Assembly (NCBI GenBank): GCA_965216635.1 | Contig: OZ244188.1 | Span: forward strand, 960,001 to 1,024,000 | From: a bacterium | GTDB lineage: Bacteria > SAR324 > XYD2-FULL-50-16 > G965216635 | Direction: 5' to 3' | Length of the DNA: 64,000 nucleotides | Shown: piece by piece, positions 9,827 to 19,596 of the stretch | Layout: every line of letters begins with the position of its first letter | How positions within the stretch are numbered: the first letter of the stretch is position 1 | Program-made: the position numbers and the translations under genes | Notes under the pieces: model-generated | What the model was told of the DNA's origin: nothing | Database searches by the model: none | Seen by the model: only the letters and a program-made list of their open reading frames with translations

Positions 9827-10594
9827 ATGAATTATCAACTATACAATGAAGATTTTTTGCAAGGCGTCAAAAAAATTAAAGACAATTCCATAGATTTGAT
9901 TGTTACAGACCCTCCCTATTGTTTAGGCAAAGATTATGGAAATGATTCTGATAAAAAATCTGCTACAGAATTTTTGGATTGGACAGAGAAATGGTTACAA
10001 TTAGTAATTCCTAAACTCAAAGAAACGGGTAGTTTTTATATTTTCACATCTTGGCAATATTCTCCTGAAATTTTTAGTTTCTTAAAAAAACATCTAACAA
10101 TGCTCAATGAGATTATCTGGGATAGAAGAGTCCCTAGTATGGGAGGTTCTACAAGAAAATTTTCATCTGTTCACGATAATATTGGTTTATTTGTAAAGTC
10201 CCAAAATTATTATTTTGATTTGGATTCTGTGCGTATAGCCTACGACCCAGAAACTAAAAAAGCTAGGACTAGATCTATATTTGTCGGAAAAAAATGGTTA
10301 GAAATGGGGTATAATCCTAAAGACTTGTGGTCTATAGCTAGATTGCACCGCATTCACAAAGAAAGAAAAGAGCACCCAACTCAAAAACCATTGGAGCTAA
10401 TAGAAAGAATGATAAAAGCCAGTAGCCCCGAAGAAAGCCTTGTTTTGGATCCATTTGCAGGGTCTGGAACGACAGTAGAGGCTTGTTTGAAAAACAACCG
10501 CTCTTGCATAGCCTTTGAAATAAATCCTGATTATTGCAAAATTATAGAGCAAAGAGTTTCAAAAATTCAAATCCAAGAAAAATTATTTGCTTGA
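9827..10594 (+). CDS. Orphan beta-class N6/N4 DNA methyltransferase
   Basis: DPPY precedes HPTQKP and DPFAGSGTT; no adjacent endonuclease. Confidence 0.92.
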   Translation: MNYQLYNEDFLQGVKKIKDNSIDLIVTDPPYCLGKDYGNDSDKKSATEFLDWTEKWLQLVIPKLKETGSFYIFTSWQYSPEIFSFLKKHLTMLNEIIWDRRVPSMGGSTRKFSSVHDNIGLFVKSQNYYFDLDSVRIAYDPETKKARTRSIFVGKKWLEMGYNPKDLWSIARLHRIHKERKEHPTQKPLELIERMIKASSPEESLVLDPFAGSGTTVEACLKNNRSCIAFEINPDYCKIIEQRVSKIQIQEKLFA

Positions 10595-10692
10595 AAATTG
10601 TGGGAAATTTTAATCTGTCTTGGTTTAAAAAATTTGTTTTGACAATCTAGTATAGATTAGGTTAATGTTGCCTCTTAATAAAACTAATCTAA

Positions 10693-11017
10693 TAGAATTT
10701 TGAATTTGCCAAATAGGACAAAACTAACTGTTTAGCCAAAACAAGCTTATTGCTTTTACGCCAATACAAGCTTTAGCAAAAGAGCCGAATGGTCATACCA
10801 GTGGCTCTTTTGCAGTCTATATTGTGTTAGCTTTAAGTTTTGTAATGCCCTGATCCCATTATTGTGGCACTACGCCATTGAAAAAAAATTTTAACTCTTG
10901 CCATTTGTGAAGAAATGCTCTTCAGTATTCCAGCGAGCTAAAAATTTTTTTCGCACCTGTTCTAACTATTTGGCTAGCCCCAATAGTTAAATAAGTATAC
11001 CGCAAATTCAAAGGCTA
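10693..11017. mobile_element. Palindromic MITE-like element, long variant
   Basis: Termini tagaattttgaatttg / caaattcaaaggcta; internal modules shared with other copies; internal aaaagagcc..ggctctttt hairpin. Confidence 0.85.
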
Positions 11018-11028
11018 TCTAATTTATA

Positions 11029-12612
11029 ATGATAAAAACTTCTAAAATATTTTTGGGTATTAAATTACTAATACTTTCTTTGTCAGTTGGACTTGTTGTT
11101 TCTTGTAGTTTTGAAAATGTGCGTCGCCTTCCAAAGACAGAAAAATTCATCCCTTTTGAAGAAATCATAGTCAATGCTCCCGAACTTACTTGGGATCAAA
11201 AGGTTCATCCTTTTATAGGGGCTACTCCTATTGATATTAATGGAGATGGAATAATGGAAATTTTTGTTGGGGGAGGTAACGGACAAAAAGATGTGCTGCT
11301 TTCTTACAAAAAAAACGAGTTAGTCAATATCATTGAAGGCACTCAATTATCCGATACACAGGCAACACACGGGGTGAATTCTATAGATTTAGACAACGAC
11401 GGTGATACAGATTTATTGATAGTGCGTAATAATGGTGTTTTCTTATATCTCAATGACAATGGAGTCTTTTCAAAAAAACAAATTCCATTGATAAACGCTC
11501 CTAGTAATTCTACTCCGTTTAATGTCGCAGTGGGTGATATAGATAAAGATGGGGACGGCGATTTATATATTAGTTTTTTTGTTGATTTTAAGAATTTTAA
11601 ATCAGCTACTTACAATGTTTCAGAACACGCTAAAACTAACCTACTATTGTTAAACAATGGTGATTTAACCTTTTCTGACATCACCAAATATTCAAAAACT
11701 GCATCTTTACAAAATACTTTTTTATCAAGTTTTATAGATTTAGACGGTGATGGTTGGTTGGATTTAGTGGTATCACAAAATACGGGGCAGGTAGAAATAT
11801 TTCGCAATTTACGCAATAATACCTTTGATTCCGTAGGAGTAAAAACTGGCTGGGGTTTTTGGATGGGTTTGGCAGCTGGCGATATAGATAAAGACGGAGA
11901 TCAGGATTTGTTTTTTACTAATTCAGGTAATTCTGTGCCAAATTTTTTATTGGAATGGGTGGGAGATGGTAGAGATGATCAGCCTCGCAATTACGGATGG
12001 ATATTATTGCGTAATGATGGAAATTTTGATTTCCAAAATATTACCAGTGAGTATGAATTGGACGATTATGGATTCGCTTGGGGGGCAGTTTTTGAAGACT
12101 TAACTCTCAACGGAGAATTAGAATTATTGGTAGCTCAAAATTATATTAAGTGGCCTCTCCATAAGTTGAGTAAACTATCAAGTAAATCTTTTGTATTATC
12201 AGAAAAAACTTTTTATCACGTTCGTGGACTAGGTTTAGAAAATTATAATTTCGCACAATCCCCTCTGATAGTGGATATCAACAATGATGGTAAGCCTGAT
12301 GTTTTTTGGTTGAATATGAAAGGAGAGCAATATGCGTTTATTAACCGCACTGAAAATAATTTTTTAACTTTAGTATTTCCAGATACTGTCTCGTCTATTG
12401 GTGCTAAGGCATACATCACGACTGTTGAAGGCAAGAGTTATGTACGAGAGGTGCATAATAATACAGGCTTTTCCACCGACCAATTGTCTGCACTGACTTT
12501 TGGTTTGGGTAAAAAAACGAAAGTAAACCAAGTTGTGATTGAGTGGCAAGATGGGACAAAAAAAACAATCAATAACCCTTCCATTAACAAGGTTATTTAC
12601 ATAAATCGCTAG
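11029..12612 (+). CDS. FG-GAP/VCBS repeat lipoprotein with ASPIC/UnbV-like C-terminus (CRTAC1-like)
   Basis: Lipobox-like LVVSC; repeated D(I/L)DxDGDxDL motifs; C-terminal FGLG...V.IEW.DG. Confidence 0.85.
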   Translation: MIKTSKIFLGIKLLILSLSVGLVVSCSFENVRRLPKTEKFIPFEEIIVNAPELTWDQKVHPFIGATPIDINGDGIMEIFVGGGNGQKDVLLSYKKNELVNIIEGTQLSDTQATHGVNSIDLDNDGDTDLLIVRNNGVFLYLNDNGVFSKKQIPLINAPSNSTPFNVAVGDIDKDGDGDLYISFFVDFKNFKSATYNVSEHAKTNLLLLNNGDLTFSDITKYSKTASLQNTFLSSFIDLDGDGWLDLVVSQNTGQVEIFRNLRNNTFDSVGVKTGWGFWMGLAAGDIDKDGDQDLFFTNSGNSVPNFLLEWVGDGRDDQPRNYGWILLRNDGNFDFQNITSEYELDDYGFAWGAVFEDLTLNGELELLVAQNYIKWPLHKLSKLSSKSFVLSEKTFYHVRGLGLENYNFAQSPLIVDINNDGKPDVFWLNMKGEQYAFINRTENNFLTLVFPDTVSSIGAKAYITTVEGKSYVREVHNNTGFSTDQLSALTFGLGKKTKVNQVVIEWQDGTKKTINNPSINKVIYINR

Positions 12613-13171
12613 CTTCTCCAGACGGACAATTCCATAAAAACAGACGAAGTAGTAACCAATAATAAGCCAACGAACTCTTGGCGATACTATCTCCATAGAT
12701 AAAGACATAGTTTGCTCTGTGTGTTCGGATACTCACAATTTTTCCGTTTTGCACTTGGTAGGTAACCTTACCAATATCAGATACAGCCTTTTTTTCATTG
12801 ATTAAACCATGCCATCTTGCGTATATGGTTATGCTGTCCTTTTGGATTTTTGTTTCTTCTATTTTCACAGTAAGTTCCGCTATTTTTTTATCAGCGTTGT
12901 AGTGTAGAAATTGAACCCACTTATACCATATTTTTTTTCCGTTTCCTGCTTCCTTACCATCCATATAGGTGGTCAGATTTTCATCCAATAAAATTTCTGC
13001 TTCTTGCAACGGTAATTCTCTAGAGAGAACTCGCAACAAACGATGCACAATTGCTAGTGAAGAGTTGGGGTTTGAATTTTCAATAATTTTTTCAGTAGTA
13101 AGTTTTTTAGCGACGCTCGTAGATTGTAGATTAAAAGTAAATAGTAAAAAAAAAATCAGTATAAATTTCAT
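12593..13171 (-). CDS. Exported hypothetical protein, possibly NTF2/SnoaL-like fold
   Basis: Signal peptide; YQVQNGKIVSI strand pattern typical of SnoaL-like proteins. Confidence 0.5.
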   Translation of the reverse strand: MKFILIFFLLFTFNLQSTSVAKKLTTEKIIENSNPNSSLAIVHRLLRVLSRELPLQEAEILLDENLTTYMDGKEAGNGKKIWYKWVQFLHYNADKKIAELTVKIEETKIQKDSITIYARWHGLINEKKAVSDIGKVTYQVQNGKIVSIRTHRANYVFIYGDSIAKSSLAYYWLLLRLFLWNCPSGEASDLCK

Positions 13172-13173
13172 AG

Positions 13174-13872
13174 CTAAACTATAGTTTTAGGATTAAAAGG
13201 GCAAAAATAAGAGATAGAACATTGATAACAAAGAGGTTTTCTGGCTTTACATGTATATCTTCCGTGTAAAATTAACCAATGGTGAGCTTTTGTTTTTGCC
13301 CATTCTGGAACTACTTTTAAAAGCTCTTTTTCTGTTTTTTCTGGGGTTTTTGTTTGCACTAAACCTAATCTATTAGAAACCCGAAAAACATGCGTATCTA
13401 CAGGAATAGTAGCTACTGAATGAGCTACATTCAAAACTACTGCTGCTGTTTTGACTCCCACACCCGGTAATTTTTCTAATTCTTCTCTTGTTTTTGGAAT
13501 TTTTCCTTTGTAGTCCTTCGTTAAAATTTGACAGGTTTTGTAGATGTTTTTTGCTTTTGTGTTGTAAAGTCCTATAGTTTGAATGAGATTTTTGATTTTT
13601 GCAATACCGAGTTTTTGCATAGCATCTGGATGAGGTGCTGCTTGAAATAGCAAAGGAGTAGCTTTATTGACAGAAACATCAGTTGTGTGTGCGCTAAGCA
13701 TAACTGCAATTAAAAGCTCAAAATGGTTGCGGTAGTTTAGTTCTGTTGTCGGGTTTGGATTTTGTTTAAAAAAAGATTGAAAAATTTTTTCTACTTTTGT
13801 ATTGGCTGTTTTTATTGGTTTTATTTCCTCGTTTTTTTTAGCTGTTTTGTTTTTGATGGTTTTTTTTTGCAT
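13174..13872 (-). CDS. nth: Endonuclease III
   Basis: ELLIAVMLSA, HhH motif LPGVG.KTA, VDTHV.R, C-x6-C-x2-C-x5-C; start moved to ATG 13872 because the track start lies inside a MITE. Confidence 0.95.
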   Translation of the reverse strand: MQKKTIKNKTAKKNEEIKPIKTANTKVEKIFQSFFKQNPNPTTELNYRNHFELLIAVMLSAHTTDVSVNKATPLLFQAAPHPDAMQKLGIAKIKNLIQTIGLYNTKAKNIYKTCQILTKDYKGKIPKTREELEKLPGVGVKTAAVVLNVAHSVATIPVDTHVFRVSNRLGLVQTKTPEKTEKELLKVVPEWAKTKAHHWLILHGRYTCKARKPLCYQCSISYFCPFNPKTIV

Positions 13873-13918
13873 TAAGTGGTTTGTGATAGACAAGCATCTA
13901 AAATACTTGTCGCTTTTA

Positions 13919-14074
13919 TAGACTTTTGAATTTGCATTCTGTTTAGCCAAAGCAGCGTTGAAAAAAAAATTTAACTCTTGCCTTTTGTGAAGAAATGCTG
14001 CTCCAAGTATTCCTGCGAGCTAATTTTTTTTTTCGCCTTGCCTAGCCGTCACATAACGCAAATTCAAAGGTCTA
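13919..14074. mobile_element. Palindromic MITE-like element (left border of the R-M island)
   Basis: Terminal inverted repeats tagacttttgaatttgc / gcaaattcaaaggtcta. Confidence 0.9.
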
Positions 14075-14281
14075 TTTTATAAGCAGTTTTTCTGGAGCTT
14101 CTTCAATAAATTGAATATTATGAGTCTTATAGTCAATAGATTTGATTTGCTCTACCATTACAAAACCTGCGACAGAACATGTTTTGGGAATTGGAATATG
14201 AAAAGGAATATTACGGTTTGTATTGGTTATTGGGCATAAAATCACTAACTTTGTTAATTGATTATAGGATAATTTTGCCAA
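14072..14281 (-). pseudogene. mazF: MazF/PemK toxin remnant truncated at both ends
   Basis: YN..T.LVILCPITN...F.IP.....G.VMVEQIKSIDY is the C-terminal two-thirds of MazF; the N-terminal RP motif is absent and the stop codon comes from the MITE end. Confidence 0.8.
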
Positions 14282-14991
14282 ATTTTACCGTCTAGCTTTC
14301 CTCCATTCGCTTTTTTACTTCTCTTTTTGTTATCCTCTCCCCAAGTTCCCCATTGCTTAAAGAAAAAAGCTACTTTTTGTTTTTCGCACTGTTCTTTGAT
14401 ATTTATCACCCATTCTTTTTTCATAGGTCGTGCTTTAGCTCCAGATTCTCCACCTACAATAGCCCAGTGAATACCGTTAAAATCTACTTCCCCTAAATCT
14501 TCTAGCAAAGGCTCAATAGACAAAAACCTGATTTCTGCATCTATTTTTTTTAATACTTCTATACGAGGCAAGCCTTGTTTTATGTTTTCTACTGTTACTC
14601 CAAGCCAAATATTTTTTGGTAATTTTTTATTTTGACAATACTCATGCATTCTCTCTTGTCTTTTTGTCAAAATCTGATATTTATGTTGCGGCGTTTTTTC
14701 TATCACTTCCATAATTTTATCCAAATAACCAAAAGAGATTTTTTTGTGAAAAAGATCACTCATAGAATTCACAAAGTAGGTGGTTGGTGTTTTTCTATGT
14801 AACGGTTGTTCTAATCTGTCAGGCATCAAGGTCAACCTAAACCCATTCTCGTAGCCTTTTGTTCCTATAGCTTGCAAACGATTTGCCATAGTCTCAGCGT
14901 AGCAATGCTTACAGCCTGCACTCACTTTAGTGCAACCAACCGCTGGATTCCAAGAATGCTCTGTCCACTCTATCTGTGATTTGCTACTCAT
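14254..14991 (-). CDS. DUF5131 (phage Gp37/Gp68) radical-SAM-like protein
   Basis: IEWT..SWNP..GCTKVS.GC.HCYA, FVNSMSDLFH, LTKR, S.EPLL, GGESG..ARPM, FFFKQWG. Confidence 0.92.
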   Translation of the reverse strand: MSSKSQIEWTEHSWNPAVGCTKVSAGCKHCYAETMANRLQAIGTKGYENGFRLTLMPDRLEQPLHRKTPTTYFVNSMSDLFHKKISFGYLDKIMEVIEKTPQHKYQILTKRQERMHEYCQNKKLPKNIWLGVTVENIKQGLPRIEVLKKIDAEIRFLSIEPLLEDLGEVDFNGIHWAIVGGESGAKARPMKKEWVINIKEQCEKQKVAFFFKQWGTWGEDNKKRSKKANGGKLDGKIWQNYPIIN

Positions 14992-15000
14992 TTTTTAATT

Positions 15001-15909
15001 TTATTTGGACATAACGCTTTCCGCTATTTTCACAGCAATTGTTGCTCCTTTTGGATTTCCTGCTGCAAAACACAATAAAAAAATAGGATTATTTTTTGAA
15101 TTATACAAAAGAAGCGGTTCTTTGACTACCCCAGCAAAAATACCATTCAATCTTTGAATGTAATATTTTGCTATTTTAGTAAAGTCTGCTATTTTTTTAG
15201 TTTCTTGATTATATTCTTTAAATAAACTTGGTTTGCTTTCAGTTTCATAAAATTCATTAGACCATTCGTTTGTTCCAAATGTTTTATCCAAGACATTAGA
15301 CCAACTTAGAGGAATTTGTCCTCGTTCTTTCATTAACATACGCATACTACCTCCAAGTGAAAAAAGAACCCACAAATCTATTGCTTGTGTTTTGGCAATT
15401 GCTTCTACAGTTTCCCATTCTACATCCATTCCAAAAGGATCCAAAAAAACAACTGCACGATGTTTTTCCCATTTTTTTTCATTACATAGGTCTTGCAAAG
15501 TTTTATTTGCTTCTTCGTTTTTAATGGTTACTTTTTCTTTTAAATGAGGAAACTCATTATCTACCATTTTTTCTAATTCTAATGTTTTTTTTTTATCTTG
15601 CTCTATAAAAATATATTTATCAAATAGAGGATCAGTTTCTAATGCTATTTTAACAGAACCTTTGAGATATTCTTTTGCGTCTCTATCTTCTGTTAATTCA
15701 AACAATCTATGTTGATTTTTAAGAAAATTTTGTTTTTTTATATTTAAATTACCAGTGCCAGCAAATGCGTCAATATAGCCTAATTTGAAAGGTTGGTTTT
15801 TTAAAGCAGTGGTATAAGCTGATAAGTATTTTTTTAATACTTCTAATTTTTTAAAAGTCCAATCTCCTCCAAAATATTCTTGAGGTGGCTCTTTAATTAT
15901 ATTATTCAT
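15001..15909 (-). CDS. tcmP: Three-Cys-motif partner protein TcmP
   Basis: GGDWT..KL..L..YL, YIDAFAGTG, GS...AL, FLDPFG; adjacent to DUF5131 as expected. Confidence 0.88.
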   Translation of the reverse strand: MNNIIKEPPQEYFGGDWTFKKLEVLKKYLSAYTTALKNQPFKLGYIDAFAGTGNLNIKKQNFLKNQHRLFELTEDRDAKEYLKGSVKIALETDPLFDKYIFIEQDKKKTLELEKMVDNEFPHLKEKVTIKNEEANKTLQDLCNEKKWEKHRAVVFLDPFGMDVEWETVEAIAKTQAIDLWVLFSLGGSMRMLMKERGQIPLSWSNVLDKTFGTNEWSNEFYETESKPSLFKEYNQETKKIADFTKIAKYYIQRLNGIFAGVVKEPLLLYNSKNNPIFLLCFAAGNPKGATIAVKIAESVMSK

Positions 15910-15911
15910 TT

Positions 15912-17918
15912 TTAAATGGTGTTTTTTTCTGTGAGGATGATTTCATCGCCAGCGATGTTGCGGATTTTTATTTTAAATTTATTTGTGTTTAGCAAGTATT
16001 CTGTTTTTATTTTTTCTTTGGGTGTGGCTTTTTCTTCTAGTTTGAGATTGCTTTGCCAGTGCTCGCCGAGGCTGGTATCTATTTGCACTGCTTCAATCAA
16101 TTCTAAACCTGTGCTACTTAAAGAAACTGGGTTATCTCTCAGACTTTTTAAGTTGTATTCGTCCAGTTTATTTTTGAGATAGGGGCTAGAGTATCGCTGG
16201 ATTTCTAGCAGATATTCGTTTCCCTTTTGGGAGAGTTCCAAAGTGGCGTTATCTTTTGTAAAAAAAGAATCTTTTTTTTCTGCAAGCAACTCATCTAGGG
16301 CAAGTAGTTTTATTTTTATTTCGCTTCTTTCAGCGGCTTTTTTGGTAATGTGATTTTGGTTAATCTCTAAATCTTTATGACTGTAGAGTAAAATCACTTC
16401 GTTTGCTTGGTCGTTATCTTCTAAAATAGTGATTTCTTCCAAAAGCAGATCTAAAATTCCCACGGTCAGTCTTTCTTGAATACCAATGAATTTTATGGGT
16501 TTGTAACTATTGCCATCTAAAACTAAACCTCCATCCCAAAATTCGCTTAAATCTAATTTTTGACGGGTTTTAAAACCTTCTAAGAGACTAAAAACTTTTT
16601 CTTTGGTTTGTATTGGGTTGCGAAATAGTTGCACTCCGTCTTGAATTTTAAGAATGTCAAAATCAGATTTGCTTTTTTGAACGAGACGGTCTCTGGTAGT
16701 CTGTAATGCGTTTAGCCCTACATCGCAGGCTATAAATTTGCGGTTTAAGTCGTTGGCTACTTTGGCTGTAGTGCCACTACCAGAAAAAAAATCAGCAACT
16801 AGCATTCCCTCGTCTGACGACGCCTTGATAATCCTCTCTAGCAGTTTTTCTGGTTTTTGGGTGGGGTAGTTTGTTTTTTCTTTTGTATTAGCAGTTAACC
16901 CTAGTGATTGTATATCTGTCCATACATCTTGAATTTTATTTTTTTTATAAAAATAATCACCTTGTTTTTTTACAAAATATTTAATTCTAACATTCCCATT
17001 TTTTGTTTTTTCAATACGCCCTTCATTTTCTAGTTTTGAAATATTTTTTTCTGAATAATCTCCTTTTGGTAAAGTATAAAAAAATCTTCCTTTTGAATCT
17101 TGTTTAAATCTTTTTTCACCTTCATTTTTAGTTATTTTTTCCTCATAATAAAGTTCTTTTATAAATAGACTATCTACACTTTTTGCATATCTAAATATAG
17201 TTTCGTGTTTTTGAGAGAATTTATAAGGACTAGGAGAGCCTGGTCCATCGTATTTCCATATTACTTCATTCACAAAATTTTCCTCGCCAAAAACTTCGTC
17301 CAGCATCACCTTGACATAGTGACCTATGTGCCAGTCCAAATGAACATAGATGCTAGCCGTTTCGCTCATCACTTCACGGATAGCGAGTAGCCTTTCGTAA
17401 AGCCAGTTTAGATAATCTTCCTTTTGCCAAATATCACCGTATAGAATTTCTTCACCAATAGAATTTTCCTTTTCTAAAGCAGTTTCTCCTCCGTTTCTGA
17501 GATAAATCTTTTTCGCATAATCCGCTCCGCTCGCAAAAGGCGGGTCAATATAGACTAGATCAATTTTTATATTTTTGGATTTGAGATAGGCACAGCTTGA
17601 GAGACAATCCCCTTGAATAAGCATATTTTGAAAATCACTATTATTTTGTGCGTTTTGATTGGTTTGGTTTTTTACTTGTCCTTCTTTTACTAGTAATCCT
17701 TGTTTTTCTAGTTGGTATGCTTTTTCTAGGCTCTCTTCTTTTACTGGTAGGTTTTGTTTATCTAGTGTTAGTTTTTGTTTTTCAGTAGCCCGCACTTCCT
17801 CTACTTTCTCCACTTCAAAAAGCTCCATCTTGGCAGCTGGGAAAAGCCTACCTTGAAAATTGAGTAAAGCTTGCCCTCTCGCTGGCTGCAACTCATAAAA
17901 TCTTTTCTTGCTACTCAT
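15912..17918 (-). CDS. mod: Type III R-M modification subunit (Mod)
   Basis: LVYIDPPF, YVHLDWHIGHY, YPTQKPE.LL.RII, DFFSGSGTT. Confidence 0.88.
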   Translation of the reverse strand: MSSKKRFYELQPARGQALLNFQGRLFPAAKMELFEVEKVEEVRATEKQKLTLDKQNLPVKEESLEKAYQLEKQGLLVKEGQVKNQTNQNAQNNSDFQNMLIQGDCLSSCAYLKSKNIKIDLVYIDPPFASGADYAKKIYLRNGGETALEKENSIGEEILYGDIWQKEDYLNWLYERLLAIREVMSETASIYVHLDWHIGHYVKVMLDEVFGEENFVNEVIWKYDGPGSPSPYKFSQKHETIFRYAKSVDSLFIKELYYEEKITKNEGEKRFKQDSKGRFFYTLPKGDYSEKNISKLENEGRIEKTKNGNVRIKYFVKKQGDYFYKKNKIQDVWTDIQSLGLTANTKEKTNYPTQKPEKLLERIIKASSDEGMLVADFFSGSGTTAKVANDLNRKFIACDVGLNALQTTRDRLVQKSKSDFDILKIQDGVQLFRNPIQTKEKVFSLLEGFKTRQKLDLSEFWDGGLVLDGNSYKPIKFIGIQERLTVGILDLLLEEITILEDNDQANEVILLYSHKDLEINQNHITKKAAERSEIKIKLLALDELLAEKKDSFFTKDNATLELSQKGNEYLLEIQRYSSPYLKNKLDEYNLKSLRDNPVSLSSTGLELIEAVQIDTSLGEHWQSNLKLEEKATPKEKIKTEYLLNTNKFKIKIRNIAGDEIILTEKNTI

Positions 17919-17935
17919 TTGTTATTCTTCTGTAA

Positions 17936-18433
17936 TTAAAAAACAATTTTTTCTCTTTCCCAAAATTCTTTGAGATGAATACATTCTACTCCTTCTAATT
18001 CACAAACATTCGGCATTTTAGGATTCTTAATGCCGCTTTGTAATATTTTATTTGTTTGGTTTTCTGTTTTTTTTTCAATGGTTACCAATATTAAATTTTC
18101 TTTTTTGGCAGTAGCGATAATAAAGGCATCGTTTTTCTTTTTGGCTTTTTGATAATATTTATTAATTATAGTATCGGATTCTGCAACAGGAACTTGTGTA
18201 AATAATTTTTCTTCTATAGCTTGTTGAAACCAAGCAAATAAATCATCGTCTTGACGACTCAATTCTTCTACGACAACATCATTAAAATATATTTCAGGGT
18301 GATTAAAATATATTTCTGGGTATTCTTTACGAAAAAATTTCCAAACTTTAGGAAAATTTTCTTTAGAATATAGTATATTCAAACCTTCTATCCAAAAGCT
18401 TGTATCAAAGAAATATTTATGCTCTGTATTCAT
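17936..18433 (-). CDS. PIN-domain protein (DUF4411-like)
   Basis: FFDTS.WI...Y....FP.VW, V.EEL, DAFIIATA, LVT.E, KMPNVC...GV.CI. Confidence 0.8.
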   Translation of the reverse strand: MNTEHKYFFDTSFWIEGLNILYSKENFPKVWKFFRKEYPEIYFNHPEIYFNDVVVEELSRQDDDLFAWFQQAIEEKLFTQVPVAESDTIINKYYQKAKKKNDAFIIATAKKENLILVTIEKKTENQTNKILQSGIKNPKMPNVCELEGVECIHLKEFWEREKIVF

Positions 18434-19578
18434 ACAATTTTTATTAGGCTATCAAAGTCATGCATTTTTATCCTTAAAAAATACAAGGCTTTAGAAAGGG
18501 TGATTTCATCATAAGCGTAAGCATCATAAATGGTACGGATATAGTTTCTACCCATTCGGTTTCTTAATGGATAAGGATATTTAGGTTTGTCTGCAGTATG
18601 GGTGTTTTTTTTTTGTGGTTCGTTGGATTCTGGTCTTCTTTCTTTTATTTCTTTAAAAATCCTCCATTCTTTTTTGTATTCTTTTTTGAGTTGATTGTAG
18701 CATTCTTGAGAGATTTTTTCTGCTTTTATTAGTCTAGTAGCAAAATGGATTTTACTTATATTGAAATTTTTACTAGCTTCTTTAATCTCCGCTTCGCTCC
18801 AGTTGGTTATATTTTGGCAATACTGCTGAAAAATCTCTTTAGGCAGTAAAACTTCACTTGCAAAGTCGTTACATTGTTTTTCTATATTATTTTTCTCTTG
18901 GGACAAGAAAAAAGTGTCTTTTCCTCCTACGGCTAAATGATATAGTTCGTGTAAAAGAGTAAATACTTTAGAATGTTGCGCTTGTTGATGGTTGATAATG
19001 ATTGCTTTATGTCTACATTCACTAGCAGTTAGACAAATGCCATTGATAGATTCGTCTAATTGATTGTTTGATTTAGTTTGAAAAATTAAAAGATTGGGAA
19101 AAAAGTTTTCTAGTGTTTTTAATAAAACACCAAACTTTTGATTTGTTTTATTTTGGTTTTGATAGTCTATAACATCGCTTACTTTTTTTAATAGCTCTTT
19201 AGGGTTATGAAAAAAAAGAGGCGTAGTGTCATTAAAAGCTTCAAAATTAGCAATATAGTTACCTGCTGTTAATACTTCTCTTTTTAGGTTGTAATTGTTA
19301 GCAATTTTTAATTCTTCTAGTTGGTTTTCTCGGATTCTAAAATCACTAATAAAATCTTTTCTATTAAATTCTTTTAAAAGAAAATCACCTGTATCGCAAC
19401 AGTATTCTTCTGCTATTTTTGCTAACTCTTTATAGGTGATTTCTACTTCGTTTCCAAAGAATGATAGTTGCTTTTCCCAAATATCCAATTTTTTATAGCC
19501 TAAAATTTTAGCAGCTTCTTCTAAAGTAAGTCCTAAATATTCTCTGCTTTTTTTTAGTGCTAGTGGGTTGATTTTCAT
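18430..19578 (-). CDS. XRE-HTH + ImmA/IrrE-family metallopeptidase
   Basis: N-terminal HTH; FTLLHELYH (HExxH); E.QCN.FASEVLLP; ATGA overlap with the PIN gene. Confidence 0.88.
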   Translation of the reverse strand: MKINPLALKKSREYLGLTLEEAAKILGYKKLDIWEKQLSFFGNEVEITYKELAKIAEEYCCDTGDFLLKEFNRKDFISDFRIRENQLEELKIANNYNLKREVLTAGNYIANFEAFNDTTPLFFHNPKELLKKVSDVIDYQNQNKTNQKFGVLLKTLENFFPNLLIFQTKSNNQLDESINGICLTASECRHKAIIINHQQAQHSKVFTLLHELYHLAVGGKDTFFLSQEKNNIEKQCNDFASEVLLPKEIFQQYCQNITNWSEAEIKEASKNFNISKIHFATRLIKAEKISQECYNQLKKEYKKEWRIFKEIKERRPESNEPQKKNTHTADKPKYPYPLRNRMGRNYIRTIYDAYAYDEITLSKALYFLRIKMHDFDSLIKIV

Positions 19579-19596
19579 TGTTTCTTTATTAAATAA

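Noticed and set aside
13873..13950. Extended N-termini in the ORF track (nth; also res, choX, atpG, xdhC and the 37632 OMP start)
   Set aside because: The extensions run into MITE, intergenic or neighbouring-gene DNA; downstream ATGs fit the expected protein starts better
14254..14991. Prophage, suggested by the Gp37/Gp68 family name
   Set aside because: No structural, terminase or integrase genes; DUF5131-TcmP pairs are common outside phages
15912..17918. Phase-variable mod (phasevarion)
   Set aside because: No simple-sequence repeat tract beyond the short A/T runs common throughout the window
18281..18321. 21-bp duplication in the PIN gene (PEIYFN twice) and 15-bp duplication in rnpA (KSTNQ twice)
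   Set aside because: Real but in-frame two-copy slippage events with no evidence of function
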